DNA of 55,421 nucleotides from a virus. Its lineage: Duplodnaviria; Caudoviricetes. The notes beneath the pieces were generated by a model. The model made no database searches and was not told the DNA's origin. It was given only the letters and a program-made list of their open reading frames with translations. Shown piece by piece: positions 45,988-53,132 of this stretch (position 1 is the first letter of the stretch; the number at the start of each line of letters is the position of its first letter). A program made the position numbers and the translations under genes. The stretch is from IMG/VR virus record IMGVR_UViG_3300037743_000357, positions 1-55,421 of that record. One strand, given 5' to 3'.

Positions 45988-46235
45988 GTGAAGTCTATGT
46001 CTATTTCCCGTGCCAATGGAATTCGTTCAAGTGTGACATTTGGCTCTTCGCTCACCCATTACCATCTCCACTCAGATGGTGGACTGAGGAAGATGAATTG
46101 TTTCAAAGGATGTTCCAAAAACCAGGCAGGTTGAAAGCCATGGAATCAGTTTCGGACACTCGCCCCATACGCGGGCTCGGTGCCGCCGGCGCACACACGC
46201 AAGGCCGCGTTCCGGGAGCGGCCAGCCGGCATTGA
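45984..46235 (+). CDS. Hypothetical protein
   Basis: ATGA-coupled. Confidence 0.45.
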   Translation: MSEVYVYFPCQWNSFKCDIWLFAHPLPSPLRWWTEEDELFQRMFQKPGRLKAMESVSDTRPIRGLGAAGAHTQGRVPGAASRH

Positions 46236-46239
46236 TTTT

Positions 46240-46446
46240 ATGTCTGACAAAAAAGCAAGGTTCGACGCCGGGACGATCCGCGGCGTGGCGACGGTCGTTC
46301 AGGACTCGCGGCGCAACTGTGAAGTGGTGATTCTGGCGCCCAGCCAGGCGGCCCTGGAACACTTCCTGAACCAGGAACTACCCCGGACGGTTTGGGACAC
46401 GTCAAAATTCCAGCACGGGTTGAAGCTGGTGCGCGATGAAAAATAA
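46240..46446 (+). CDS. Hypothetical protein
   Basis: ATG 4 nt after previous stop. Confidence 0.55.
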   Translation: MSDKKARFDAGTIRGVATVVQDSRRNCEVVILAPSQAALEHFLNQELPRTVWDTSKFQHGLKLVRDEK

Positions 46447-46449
46447 AGA

Positions 46450-46486
46450 TTGCAATCCCGCGTCAGCATGAAATAAATCTTTTGCA
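46450..46486 (+). promoter_or_regulatory. Promoter/operator motif, copy 2
   Basis: TTGCAA...ATGAAATAAATCTTTTGCA in intergenic gap. Confidence 0.55.
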
Positions 46487-46515
46487 CGTTAAATCAACCT
46501 AAACCCAAAAAGTAC

Positions 46516-46836
46516 ATGCCCAAGAAAAAACAGCCCAACGCCCAAGTCCAAGACATCAAGCAAACCTTCCTGCAAGAGCACGCCCCGGATCTGTGGGACC
46601 GGCACGAGGACAAGTTCATGCAGATCTTGGAGGAGAGCGAGAATCGCAAGGTCAGTGTGACGTTCAATCTGACCATGGATTTCTCCGAGTCCACGGCCCA
46701 GCTAAACACGCGCATCCGATACAGCCAGGTGATGACGGACGAGCGCACGGCGGATTTTGACGATCCGAATCAGGCGCCGTTGCCCCTGGAAGATGACAAC
46801 GAAGAGGAAGCGAAACCTTCCAAGCGCAGAAAATAG
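46516..46836 (+). CDS. Acidic hypothetical protein
   Basis: 106 aa ORF after promoter motif. Confidence 0.7.
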   Translation: MPKKKQPNAQVQDIKQTFLQEHAPDLWDRHEDKFMQILEESENRKVSVTFNLTMDFSESTAQLNTRIRYSQVMTDERTADFDDPNQAPLPLEDDNEEEAKPSKRRK

Positions 46837-47604
46837 GTGGGCAAAGACACAAAAATCCAGTGGGCGCACTCGACGTTCAATCCTTGGTGGGGTTGCGTTA
46901 AGGTTTCGCCAGGGTGTGCCAATTGCTACGCCGAGGGATGGTCCAAGCGCACGGGTTTCGGTGTGTGGGGTCACGACGCGCCCCGTCGTATGATGAGTGA
47001 TGCCCACTGGAAAAAACCGTTGGAATGGGATTCTGAAGCGAGGTTGTTCAATGAGCGCCGCCGCGTTTTCTGTGCGAGCATGGGGGATGTATTCGAAGAT
47101 CGGAAGGACTTGATCGAGCCTCGCAAGCGTTTGTTTCGCCTGATTGATCAAACACCAAACTTGGATTGGCTCATTCTGACTAAACGTCCTGGCAACATTC
47201 TAAGACTGGCTCCAGACGGATTCAGAGAAAATGTTTGGTATGGCACATCGGTTGAAGATCAGGTTCGCCACGATGAGCGCGTTGAGCAATTACGAGCAGT
47301 TCCCGCCAAGGTGCGCTTCCTCAGTGCTGAGCCGTTGCTTGGCCCTATTCGATTCAATCTCGAAGGCATTCAATGGGTGATCTTCGGGGGTGAATCTACT
47401 GGCGGCCGGGAATGTCATTTGGATTGGATCTTGTGGGGAATTGATCAATGCCGAAATGCTGGCGTCGCGCCGTTTGTTAAACAACTTGGCAGTAATCCCG
47501 TCCAATATCCTTGGCCCAGTTCCTCGCGTTGCAAAGACGCGAAAGGCGGCGATATGACCGAGTGGCCCATGGATGCATTGAAAGTAAGGGAAATCCCATC
47601 ATGA
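46837..47604 (+). CDS. Phage Gp37/Gp68 (DUF5131) family protein
   Basis: T.I.W...TFNPWWGC.KVSPGC.NCYA, VFCASMGD.F, ILTKRP, RFLSAEPLLG, WVI.GGES, PFVKQ.G. Confidence 0.93.
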   Translation: MGKDTKIQWAHSTFNPWWGCVKVSPGCANCYAEGWSKRTGFGVWGHDAPRRMMSDAHWKKPLEWDSEARLFNERRRVFCASMGDVFEDRKDLIEPRKRLFRLIDQTPNLDWLILTKRPGNILRLAPDGFRENVWYGTSVEDQVRHDERVEQLRAVPAKVRFLSAEPLLGPIRFNLEGIQWVIFGGESTGGRECHLDWILWGIDQCRNAGVAPFVKQLGSNPVQYPWPSSSRCKDAKGGDMTEWPMDALKVREIPS

Positions 47605-47819
47605 GATACTGCATTGTGATTTGCCTGCTTTTGATCGGCTGCCAGACCAAACCGCGCCTTCCCGACGGGTTCGGTTACGGGCAGGATGAGCGCGGGCATT
47701 ATTGGGTGTGGAAAGAGTGGCCGGAGTATCGGAGCATCTGGCGTCACGACACCAAGGAACAAGCGTGGCTGGATGCGTGGGCGTTCATTCACGCGTACAA
47801 TGAGAGCAAGAGACCATGA
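47601..47819 (+). CDS. Small lipoprotein
   Basis: MRY-hydrophobic-LIGC lipobox. Confidence 0.65.
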   Translation: MRYCIVICLLLIGCQTKPRLPDGFGYGQDERGHYWVWKEWPEYRSIWRHDTKEQAWLDAWAFIHAYNESKRP

Positions 47820-48301
47820 AACTATCGATCAACAAACTTCTCCTTGGCGGCAACCTGACTCGGGACCCCGAACTGCGCGTCACGTCCGACGGCACATACA
47901 TCTGCACGGGCTCCTTGGCGGTCAACAAGAAGTGGAAGGGCAAGGACGGCCAGATGCGGGAGAAAGTTTCCTTCATCGAATTTTCGATGTTCGGTCGGAG
48001 CGGTGAAGTTGTGGCGGAGTATTTCCGCAAGGGCGATCCGATCTTGTTGGACGGGGAGTTGCAGATGGATGAATGGGAGGACAAGCAGAGCGGGGAGCGC
48101 AAGACCAAGCTGAAGATGCTGGCCAACAGTTTCAGTTTCTGCGGCCCCACGGCCAAGGCCGGCGAGCAGAAGCAAAAGAGCGTGGCGCACCAGGAAACAC
48201 CGGGGGAACGGGTTCGCCGTGCCGGGCGCACGGAAGCGGCGGTGAGCGCGGGGGCGGCGAAGAAGTGGGAGGATGAAGAAGAAAATCAGTGTCCATTCTG
48301 A
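47816..48301 (+). CDS. ssb: Single-stranded DNA-binding protein
   Basis: INK..L.GNLTRDPELR, LAVN, FG...E...Y.RKG, G.L....WEDK.G; acidic tail ending PF. Confidence 0.95.
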   Translation: MKLSINKLLLGGNLTRDPELRVTSDGTYICTGSLAVNKKWKGKDGQMREKVSFIEFSMFGRSGEVVAEYFRKGDPILLDGELQMDEWEDKQSGERKTKLKMLANSFSFCGPTAKAGEQKQKSVAHQETPGERVRRAGRTEAAVSAGAAKKWEDEEENQCPF

Positions 48302-48303
48302 TC

Positions 48304-48786
48304 ATGAAAAAATGCTTTGAATGTCACCGGCAACTGCCACGCGCCGAATTTTATGATCATCATCGGATGGCTGACGGCAAGTTGGGCAAGTGCAAAGTGT
48401 GTGTTAAAAAAGGTGTGGCCGCGCGATACAAAGAAAAACAGAATGATCCTGTTTGGCTGGAAAAGGAACGCGCTAGGTGCCGATTAAAATCGAAACTGGC
48501 CAAATTAAATGGCCAAACCATGAAGCCTTCAATTGAGCCTGGGCGCAAATGGCGGAAGAGGAATAAAGTCAAAGTTAGAGTATGGAATACAGTCCAAAAA
48601 GCGCTGGTAAACGGCAAAATAAAATCCAAAAAGACATGCCAAGATTGCGGGTCTGCTGGGAAACTGCATAAGCATCATGAAGACTATTCTAAGCCGTTGA
48701 GTGTGGAGTGGCTTTGCCCAGCATGTCATGGGAAGCGTCATCGAAAAGCTTTTGGTGAACCGATCAAACCGCGCTTGATTCCCTGA
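48304..48786 (+). CDS. HNH-type zinc-finger nuclease-like protein
   Basis: KKC..C...FY...DG....CK.C and C..CG....HH.DYSKPL.VEWLC..CH. Confidence 0.85.
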   Translation: MKKCFECHRQLPRAEFYDHHRMADGKLGKCKVCVKKGVAARYKEKQNDPVWLEKERARCRLKSKLAKLNGQTMKPSIEPGRKWRKRNKVKVRVWNTVQKALVNGKIKSKKTCQDCGSAGKLHKHHEDYSKPLSVEWLCPACHGKRHRKAFGEPIKPRLIP

Positions 48787-49112
48787 TGCCCGTTCCCCAG
48801 TCATTCAAGTTGTCCCTGCCTTCCGGCGTGCGGCCCATTGCCCGGGAGCCGTTGCGTTTCTGGGTGGTGTCCCGGTCCCGCGGCAAGGTGGAACATCTGG
48901 TGGATCTGGAAGAGAACGGGTTCAATGGGAAGTGCTCATGCGAACTTTACCAATTCAAAATCGCGCCCCGCCTTCGGGAAGAGCGAACCAGCCGGGAAAC
49001 ATCGATGCGGCTTCGGTGCTGGCACATTCGGCGGGCGATGTTTTACTTGGCCGAACTGACGATGCGCACGATGGCCAACAAAGATCCCCGGGCACGGAGG
49101 GATCAGGGATGA
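48786..49112 (+). CDS. SWIM zinc-finger protein
   Basis: CSC...CWHI (CxC-n-CxH). Confidence 0.75.
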   Translation: MPVPQSFKLSLPSGVRPIAREPLRFWVVSRSRGKVEHLVDLEENGFNGKCSCELYQFKIAPRLREERTSRETSMRLRCWHIRRAMFYLAELTMRTMANKDPRARRDQG

Positions 49113-49243
49113 ATTTTCGACTCCAAAGGCATTTGATTCATGATAAGCAACTTCTGGACCCCTTATCCTGTCTCTAACCACAGTTCGTATTATAGGCTGC
49201 GCCTGTCGCGTGGCCGGTGTCTTTGGAGTCGTTTTTTAATTTG

Positions 49244-49645
49244 ATGAACCGTAAAGCCCCATGGACAACGATGCCCGGCGCTCGGGTGCGTGAGCCGAAG
49301 ACCAAGCCCAAGTGGGTTCAGCCCTTCTCGGCGGACCGGCGCCTGATCATGGACAAGCTTTACCAGCCCCGGCGCGTGCGTTGGCTGGCCCGCAACACGG
49401 TCTGCGCTGTGACGGGCGCCCGGGCCACTGACGTTCATCATGTCCGTGGCAGGGCCGGAACGCTCCTGATCGATGAACGGTTTTGGGTGCCGGTAAGCCG
49501 GGCAGGGCATCGTTGGATCGAGGACAACAAAGAACTGGCACGGAAAGCGGGGCTCTTGTGCGGGCGCGGGCAGTGGAACGTAGCGCCCAAGGACGCGGTG
49601 AGCGCGAAACTGGGGTGGATGATTCGGGAGGTTGTGCATGGCTAA
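49244..49645 (+). CDS. HNH-like protein
   Basis: ATDVHH.RGR...W..V.R.GH.WI; start uncertain. Confidence 0.7.
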   Translation: MNRKAPWTTMPGARVREPKTKPKWVQPFSADRRLIMDKLYQPRRVRWLARNTVCAVTGARATDVHHVRGRAGTLLIDERFWVPVSRAGHRWIEDNKELARKAGLLCGRGQWNVAPKDAVSAKLGWMIREVVHG

Positions 49646-49814
49646 AACCAAACCCAGGAAAGTCTTTGGTCGGATCAAGCGCAACATCGACGGCCATGAT
49701 TACGTGCTGGAACTGACCCGGGACGGGCTGCGGGTGAGGCGCAAGTGGAGCCGGGAGCCGGTGATGATCGGGTTTGAAAGTTTGACCAGGTGGGCGGATG
49801 GGAGGTTTTTGTGA
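49638..49814 (+). CDS. Hypothetical protein
   Basis: Overlap-coupled small ORF. Confidence 0.55.
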   Translation: MAKTKPRKVFGRIKRNIDGHDYVLELTRDGLRVRRKWSREPVMIGFESLTRWADGRFL

Positions 49815-50053
49815 GTGAGAAAAACGAGACCACGGAGGCCGGTTCGAGTGCGACGGTTGGTTCGGCGGCGGCGGGAACATGCCTGACGTGCGACTACTGG
49901 ACGCAGCGCACTGCCGACGCAACTGGTGGAATGCAAGGATGGTGTGACCTGTTCGTGAAGCGCACCCATGCGGACCACGGTCAGAAATGCACAAGATGGA
50001 CGCCGATAGAGCCGCCGAACGACCCAAGCTCAGCCACACGGCTGGGCGAATAA
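49811..50053 (+). CDS. Cys-rich cassette gene (CxxC..W...C...C..W)
   Basis: Core bounded by attC-like R boxes at 49860 and 50014. Confidence 0.65.
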   Translation: MSEKNETTEAGSSATVGSAAAGTCLTCDYWTQRTADATGGMQGWCDLFVKRTHADHGQKCTRWTPIEPPNDPSSATRLGE

Positions 50054-50328
50054 CGCAAAAGGAACGAAATGAGCAAAACATCCAAGAAATCAAAACGCCG
50101 CGCGAAGCCAACCAGCGAAGCCGTGTTGGCTGGAGCGCGTGGTTCGGCGCACTGGGCACAATGCTACCTGGAGCACGCCGCGCGGGAAACAGCGTGGGCT
50201 GCGCAGAGCGCGAAGGAATGCAACTACAGCGCCGCTCACGATGCGGTGGTGCGGCGGGGAGTGTGGCTACATGCAGCCCTGCTCGCTCAAGAGAAAAGTG
50301 CGCCGAACACTGAGGCCACCGACCGGCC
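49837..50328 (-). mobile_element. Two-cassette attC-like array without integrase
   Basis: Full attC-like site 50014-50148 plus mutually complementary half-sites 49837-49866 and 50302-50328. Confidence 0.7.
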
Positions 50329-50332
50329 CTAA
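50069..50332 (+). CDS. Cassette gene, hypothetical
   Basis: Starts in attC loop and ends just past the next half-site. Confidence 0.55.
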   Translation: MSKTSKKSKRRAKPTSEAVLAGARGSAHWAQCYLEHAARETAWAAQSAKECNYSAAHDAVVRRGVWLHAALLAQEKSAPNTEATDRP

Positions 50333-50337
50333 GATAA

Positions 50338-50889
50338 ATGAAGCGAACCAAACTCACGGATGGCCGTGCCTTCCAGGACGAACTGGTGGCGACGTGCAAG
50401 CAGTATCAAGCTCAGGGCGTTCTGCGCATGCGCAAGGTCGATCCCCCCGTGCGCATCATGGGTGGGGGTGCCGGGCGGCAAGTCATGTTCCTTGATAATC
50501 CCTTTCCCGACTTCATCGGGGCATGGACGGAGCGGGGCGGGCGCATGGTGGCATTCGAAGCCAAGTCCACCAAAGACCCCAAGCTGCCGGTGGGCGGGAC
50601 GGGCGGTGTCAATGAAACTCAACTGCGAAACTTGCAGCACTGGCGGGCTGCGGGCGCTTTTACGTTCATTCTGTGGCAGTGGCGAGGTCATGGCGTGGTC
50701 ATGATCGGGTTGGAGGCTCTTCGAGTTAGGCTCAAGGGCAAGCATATCAAATGGGGGGATTGGCAGGACTGCCCAGTGCCGCAGGGCAAAGGTTTTGTGT
50801 TGCACGATTTCCTTGCGTGGATGAGACACTATCCCCATGACTCCCCTGTTCCACGATTTCCTTTCTTGGATGAGTCTTTATCCCCATGA
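50338..50889 (+). CDS. recU: RecU-like Holliday junction resolvase
   Basis: G..F...L...C..Y, KVD.P, PDFIG, VAFEAKST, QL..L. Confidence 0.85.
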   Translation: MKRTKLTDGRAFQDELVATCKQYQAQGVLRMRKVDPPVRIMGGGAGRQVMFLDNPFPDFIGAWTERGGRMVAFEAKSTKDPKLPVGGTGGVNETQLRNLQHWRAAGAFTFILWQWRGHGVVMIGLEALRVRLKGKHIKWGDWQDCPVPQGKGFVLHDFLAWMRHYPHDSPVPRFPFLDESLSP

Positions 50890-51164
50890 CCCCTAAACAC
50901 TGGCGCCGTGTGCGCATCGTGCCGGACGGTCGCCGGTTCAAGCTCGTTACCTACTACGCCTTCATCGATCTGACCGACGGTGATGCCCGGGCGCTGGGAT
51001 TCGAGCGCGCCAAAGACTTCCGACAACTGACCAAGGCGCGGGCGCTCGAAGTGGGGGATGAAGTCGAGAAGGCTTTGGCCGATGGTGAACCGCGCAAACG
51101 CCTCAAGATGCACGAAATAAATGTTTTGCAAAATACCGAGGCAAAATTTACATTGCGGGCATGA
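50886..51164 (+). CDS. Hypothetical protein
   Basis: ATGA-coupled at both ends. Confidence 0.6.
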   Translation: MTPKHWRRVRIVPDGRRFKLVTYYAFIDLTDGDARALGFERAKDFRQLTKARALEVGDEVEKALADGEPRKRLKMHEINVLQNTEAKFTLRA

Positions 51165-51424
51165 CGTTGAAAGATCCGATGAAACATTTGTGCCGGGTGC
51201 GCAAATACATGAGCGCGGCGGAGATTGCACGGAGGTTGACGGTGATGACGGGCAGTCCGGTCCATCGGGTGCAGGTTTCCCAGTGGTTGCACCCGCGCAA
51301 GGAGCGGCGGTGCGAGCCGCGGCTCAAGGTGGCGTTGGCGCTTTTGAGCATGCTGGCCAAGGAAGAGGGTTTTTTCGTGGTCGATGACAAGGGGATTCAT
51401 TCGGAGACGCCAAAGAAGCGGTAG
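51161..51424 (+). CDS. HTH-like protein
   Basis: SAAEIARRL...QVSQWL; stop codon lies inside the left TIR. Confidence 0.65.
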   Translation: MTLKDPMKHLCRVRKYMSAAEIARRLTVMTGSPVHRVQVSQWLHPRKERRCEPRLKVALALLSMLAKEEGFFVVDDKGIHSETPKKR

Positions 51425-51509
51425 TGTCCTAATTTGACGGGCGGTAAATTTTTCACGACTTGACATATATGCGATAATTATCCCGTGCCGACGAATGAAA
51501 CAGAATCAT

Positions 51510-51869
51510 CTACTGCAATAAGAAGCGGCTCGGTACGTCCCAAGGTGGCAATTGAATCACTGCCTGCCGTCCTCCTAATTCCAATTGGGCGCTCCCCTCA
51601 TAAACATCTCGCGATAGTGGTTCAAGCAATAGGTAATCCGCTTGAGGATGACCGCCGATGGTATAACTCAGGAATCCGTCCAGACATATTGCTAGCCTTG
51701 GTCGGCTCATGCCTATGTCTGCTCTGTCGAGCCATTTGGGGACTAGCCATTTCCTCTCTTCATAATCGACGGTATCGACAAGAAGCTGTGTAGACATCGG
51801 TTCACCAGCAAACATTACCAAGGTCTTCTTAATTTTCACTGGTTTGTTTTTCTTTTGTGCATGGTTCAA
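51510..51869 (-). CDS. Hypothetical cargo protein
   Basis: 119 aa inside the element. Confidence 0.6.
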   Translation of the reverse strand: MNHAQKKNKPVKIKKTLVMFAGEPMSTQLLVDTVDYEERKWLVPKWLDRADIGMSRPRLAICLDGFLSYTIGGHPQADYLLLEPLSRDVYEGSAQLELGGRQAVIQLPPWDVPSRFLLQ

Positions 51870-52021
51870 TTCTTCTGGCTCTCGCGGACTTCATGTGCAA
51901 TCGCAACCTCCTTCTTTGCAGTTTCAAGATTGTTTGACATAACGTTTCTTTCTTTCGGCTGGACTATTCGTGCCACAGATATTAAGTTGCGTCAACATAA
52001 TTGTGGCACAATAATAAAACT

Positions 52022-52207
52022 ATGAAAAAAACAAAACCTGGCAGGCCAAAGCTTCCGAAAGGAGAAGCCAAATCCGTCGTGTTGCGCGCGCGTGTTTCCA
52101 AAAATGAACGCGCTATTGTAGAGAACGCCGCATTTGCCTGTGGCAAAGACCTGTCCGAATGGATAAGGCAAACTCTTATATCTGCCGCTTGCGTTCGGAA
52201 AGCTTAG
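52022..52207 (+). CDS. Ribbon-helix-helix DNA-binding protein
   Basis: GRPKLP...V.RARVS..E...V..AA......LSEWIR..L; TTGCGT-17-AATAAT upstream. Confidence 0.85.
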   Translation: MKKTKPGRPKLPKGEAKSVVLRARVSKNERAIVENAAFACGKDLSEWIRQTLISAACVRKA

Positions 52208-53132
52208 TAGCCAACAATTCCATAAAGTTTTTCACATGATCAAACACACGTTCGGCTTCTTCTTCTCCGTACCAAACCTTTGAATTATGGAACGCTTGGT
52301 TTCTCCAAGCTGCTGCAAAATAGCGGAACTCCAAAAATAGTTGTGGGAAAAAACTTCGCTTCCATCCGCGTGTTTTAGGCTTTGCCTTTAGATGCTTTTC
52401 CCAAGCAGTTGAAAAAATATTCAAGTCTGTTCCCCATCCTCTAGGGGAGCGTTTTACTTTGACCGCATGGCCCAAAGCGTCTAGTCCGACTTCGAGCACT
52501 CGCATGGAATGCATAACGGTTGCGGTGTAGCGATCCAGCGCGAAGCAATTAGCAGCTTCCCTAATATCGTATTCCGCAGATGGGAACTTCTGGTGAACTA
52601 ATTCACCAAATGCGGCGGGGTGGTCGTAGAACTTTAGTTTTGAGGATTTCTGAAAGAAAAATGAAATGGAATCCAGTTCGTCATCGATCCTGTTGTCCAG
52701 TTCCTCCAGGAATTGTTTCACACTATCGGACGTTGCGTTTTTCAACGTTTCAATAAAACGAGTGATTCCTTTGCTTGTAAATTCCAAGCCAAGAAATTCC
52801 AGTTCTCGTGAAAGTTCGTCCAATGACTTCCTGACATCATCCTTTTCTTTTTGTGAAAGCCTGCCGTCGGTCTTATCATTCATGCAGGTGTAAATCACAA
52901 ATGTGCCCATCGCAATTTTGACTAACCTCTTGGCTATGTAAGTTTTCACGAATCCAAGGGTAATTACTCTTGGACCATCACGCCAAGGCAATTGTGTGGC
53001 ACAAAAATGCCCCGAATTGCAAATTAGGACACTACTGGTTTGTTTTCGGTCGCACGGCGCGCACACGTTCACGTTTCGGGGGCTCGGTTCCCGGATCGGT
53101 TGGCCGCACATTCTGCAAATGGTGGGGGTCAT
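52176..53132 (-). CDS. HEPN-domain protein fused in frame to an N-terminal CxxC-CxxC peptide
   Basis: DIREA..CFA...YTA.V.H.MR.LE.GL and RNQAFH (Rx4H); ATG 53132 is coupled to the SNF2 stop; alternative internal start TTG 52991. Confidence 0.7.
   Translation of the reverse strand: MTPTICRMCGQPIREPSPRNVNVCAPCDRKQTSSVLICNSGHFCATQLPWRDGPRVITLGFVKTYIAKRLVKIAMGTFVIYTCMNDKTDGRLSQKEKDDVRKSLDELSRELEFLGLEFTSKGITRFIETLKNATSDSVKQFLEELDNRIDDELDSISFFFQKSSKLKFYDHPAAFGELVHQKFPSAEYDIREAANCFALDRYTATVMHSMRVLEVGLDALGHAVKVKRSPRGWGTDLNIFSTAWEKHLKAKPKTRGWKRSFFPQLFLEFRYFAAAWRNQAFHNSKVWYGEEEAERVFDHVKNFMELLATKLSERKRQI

Larger units (their letters stand above)
51421..53035. mobile_element. Non-autonomous TIR-bounded element (lower GC), possibly IS1595-related
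   Basis: 16-bp perfect inverted repeats GTAGTGTCCTAATTTG (51421-36) / CAAATTAGGACACTAC (53020-35); no transposase; no clear target duplication. Confidence 0.75.

Noticed and set aside
49347-50399. 350-aa minus-strand ORF
   Set aside because: It is antisense to several coupled + strand genes; its PNHALQPT...LSLGR text simply reflects the attC-like site.
51411-53045. Target-site duplication around the TIR element
   Set aside because: The flanks (CAAAGAAGC versus GGTTTGTTT) do not match, so the IS family assignment stays tentative.
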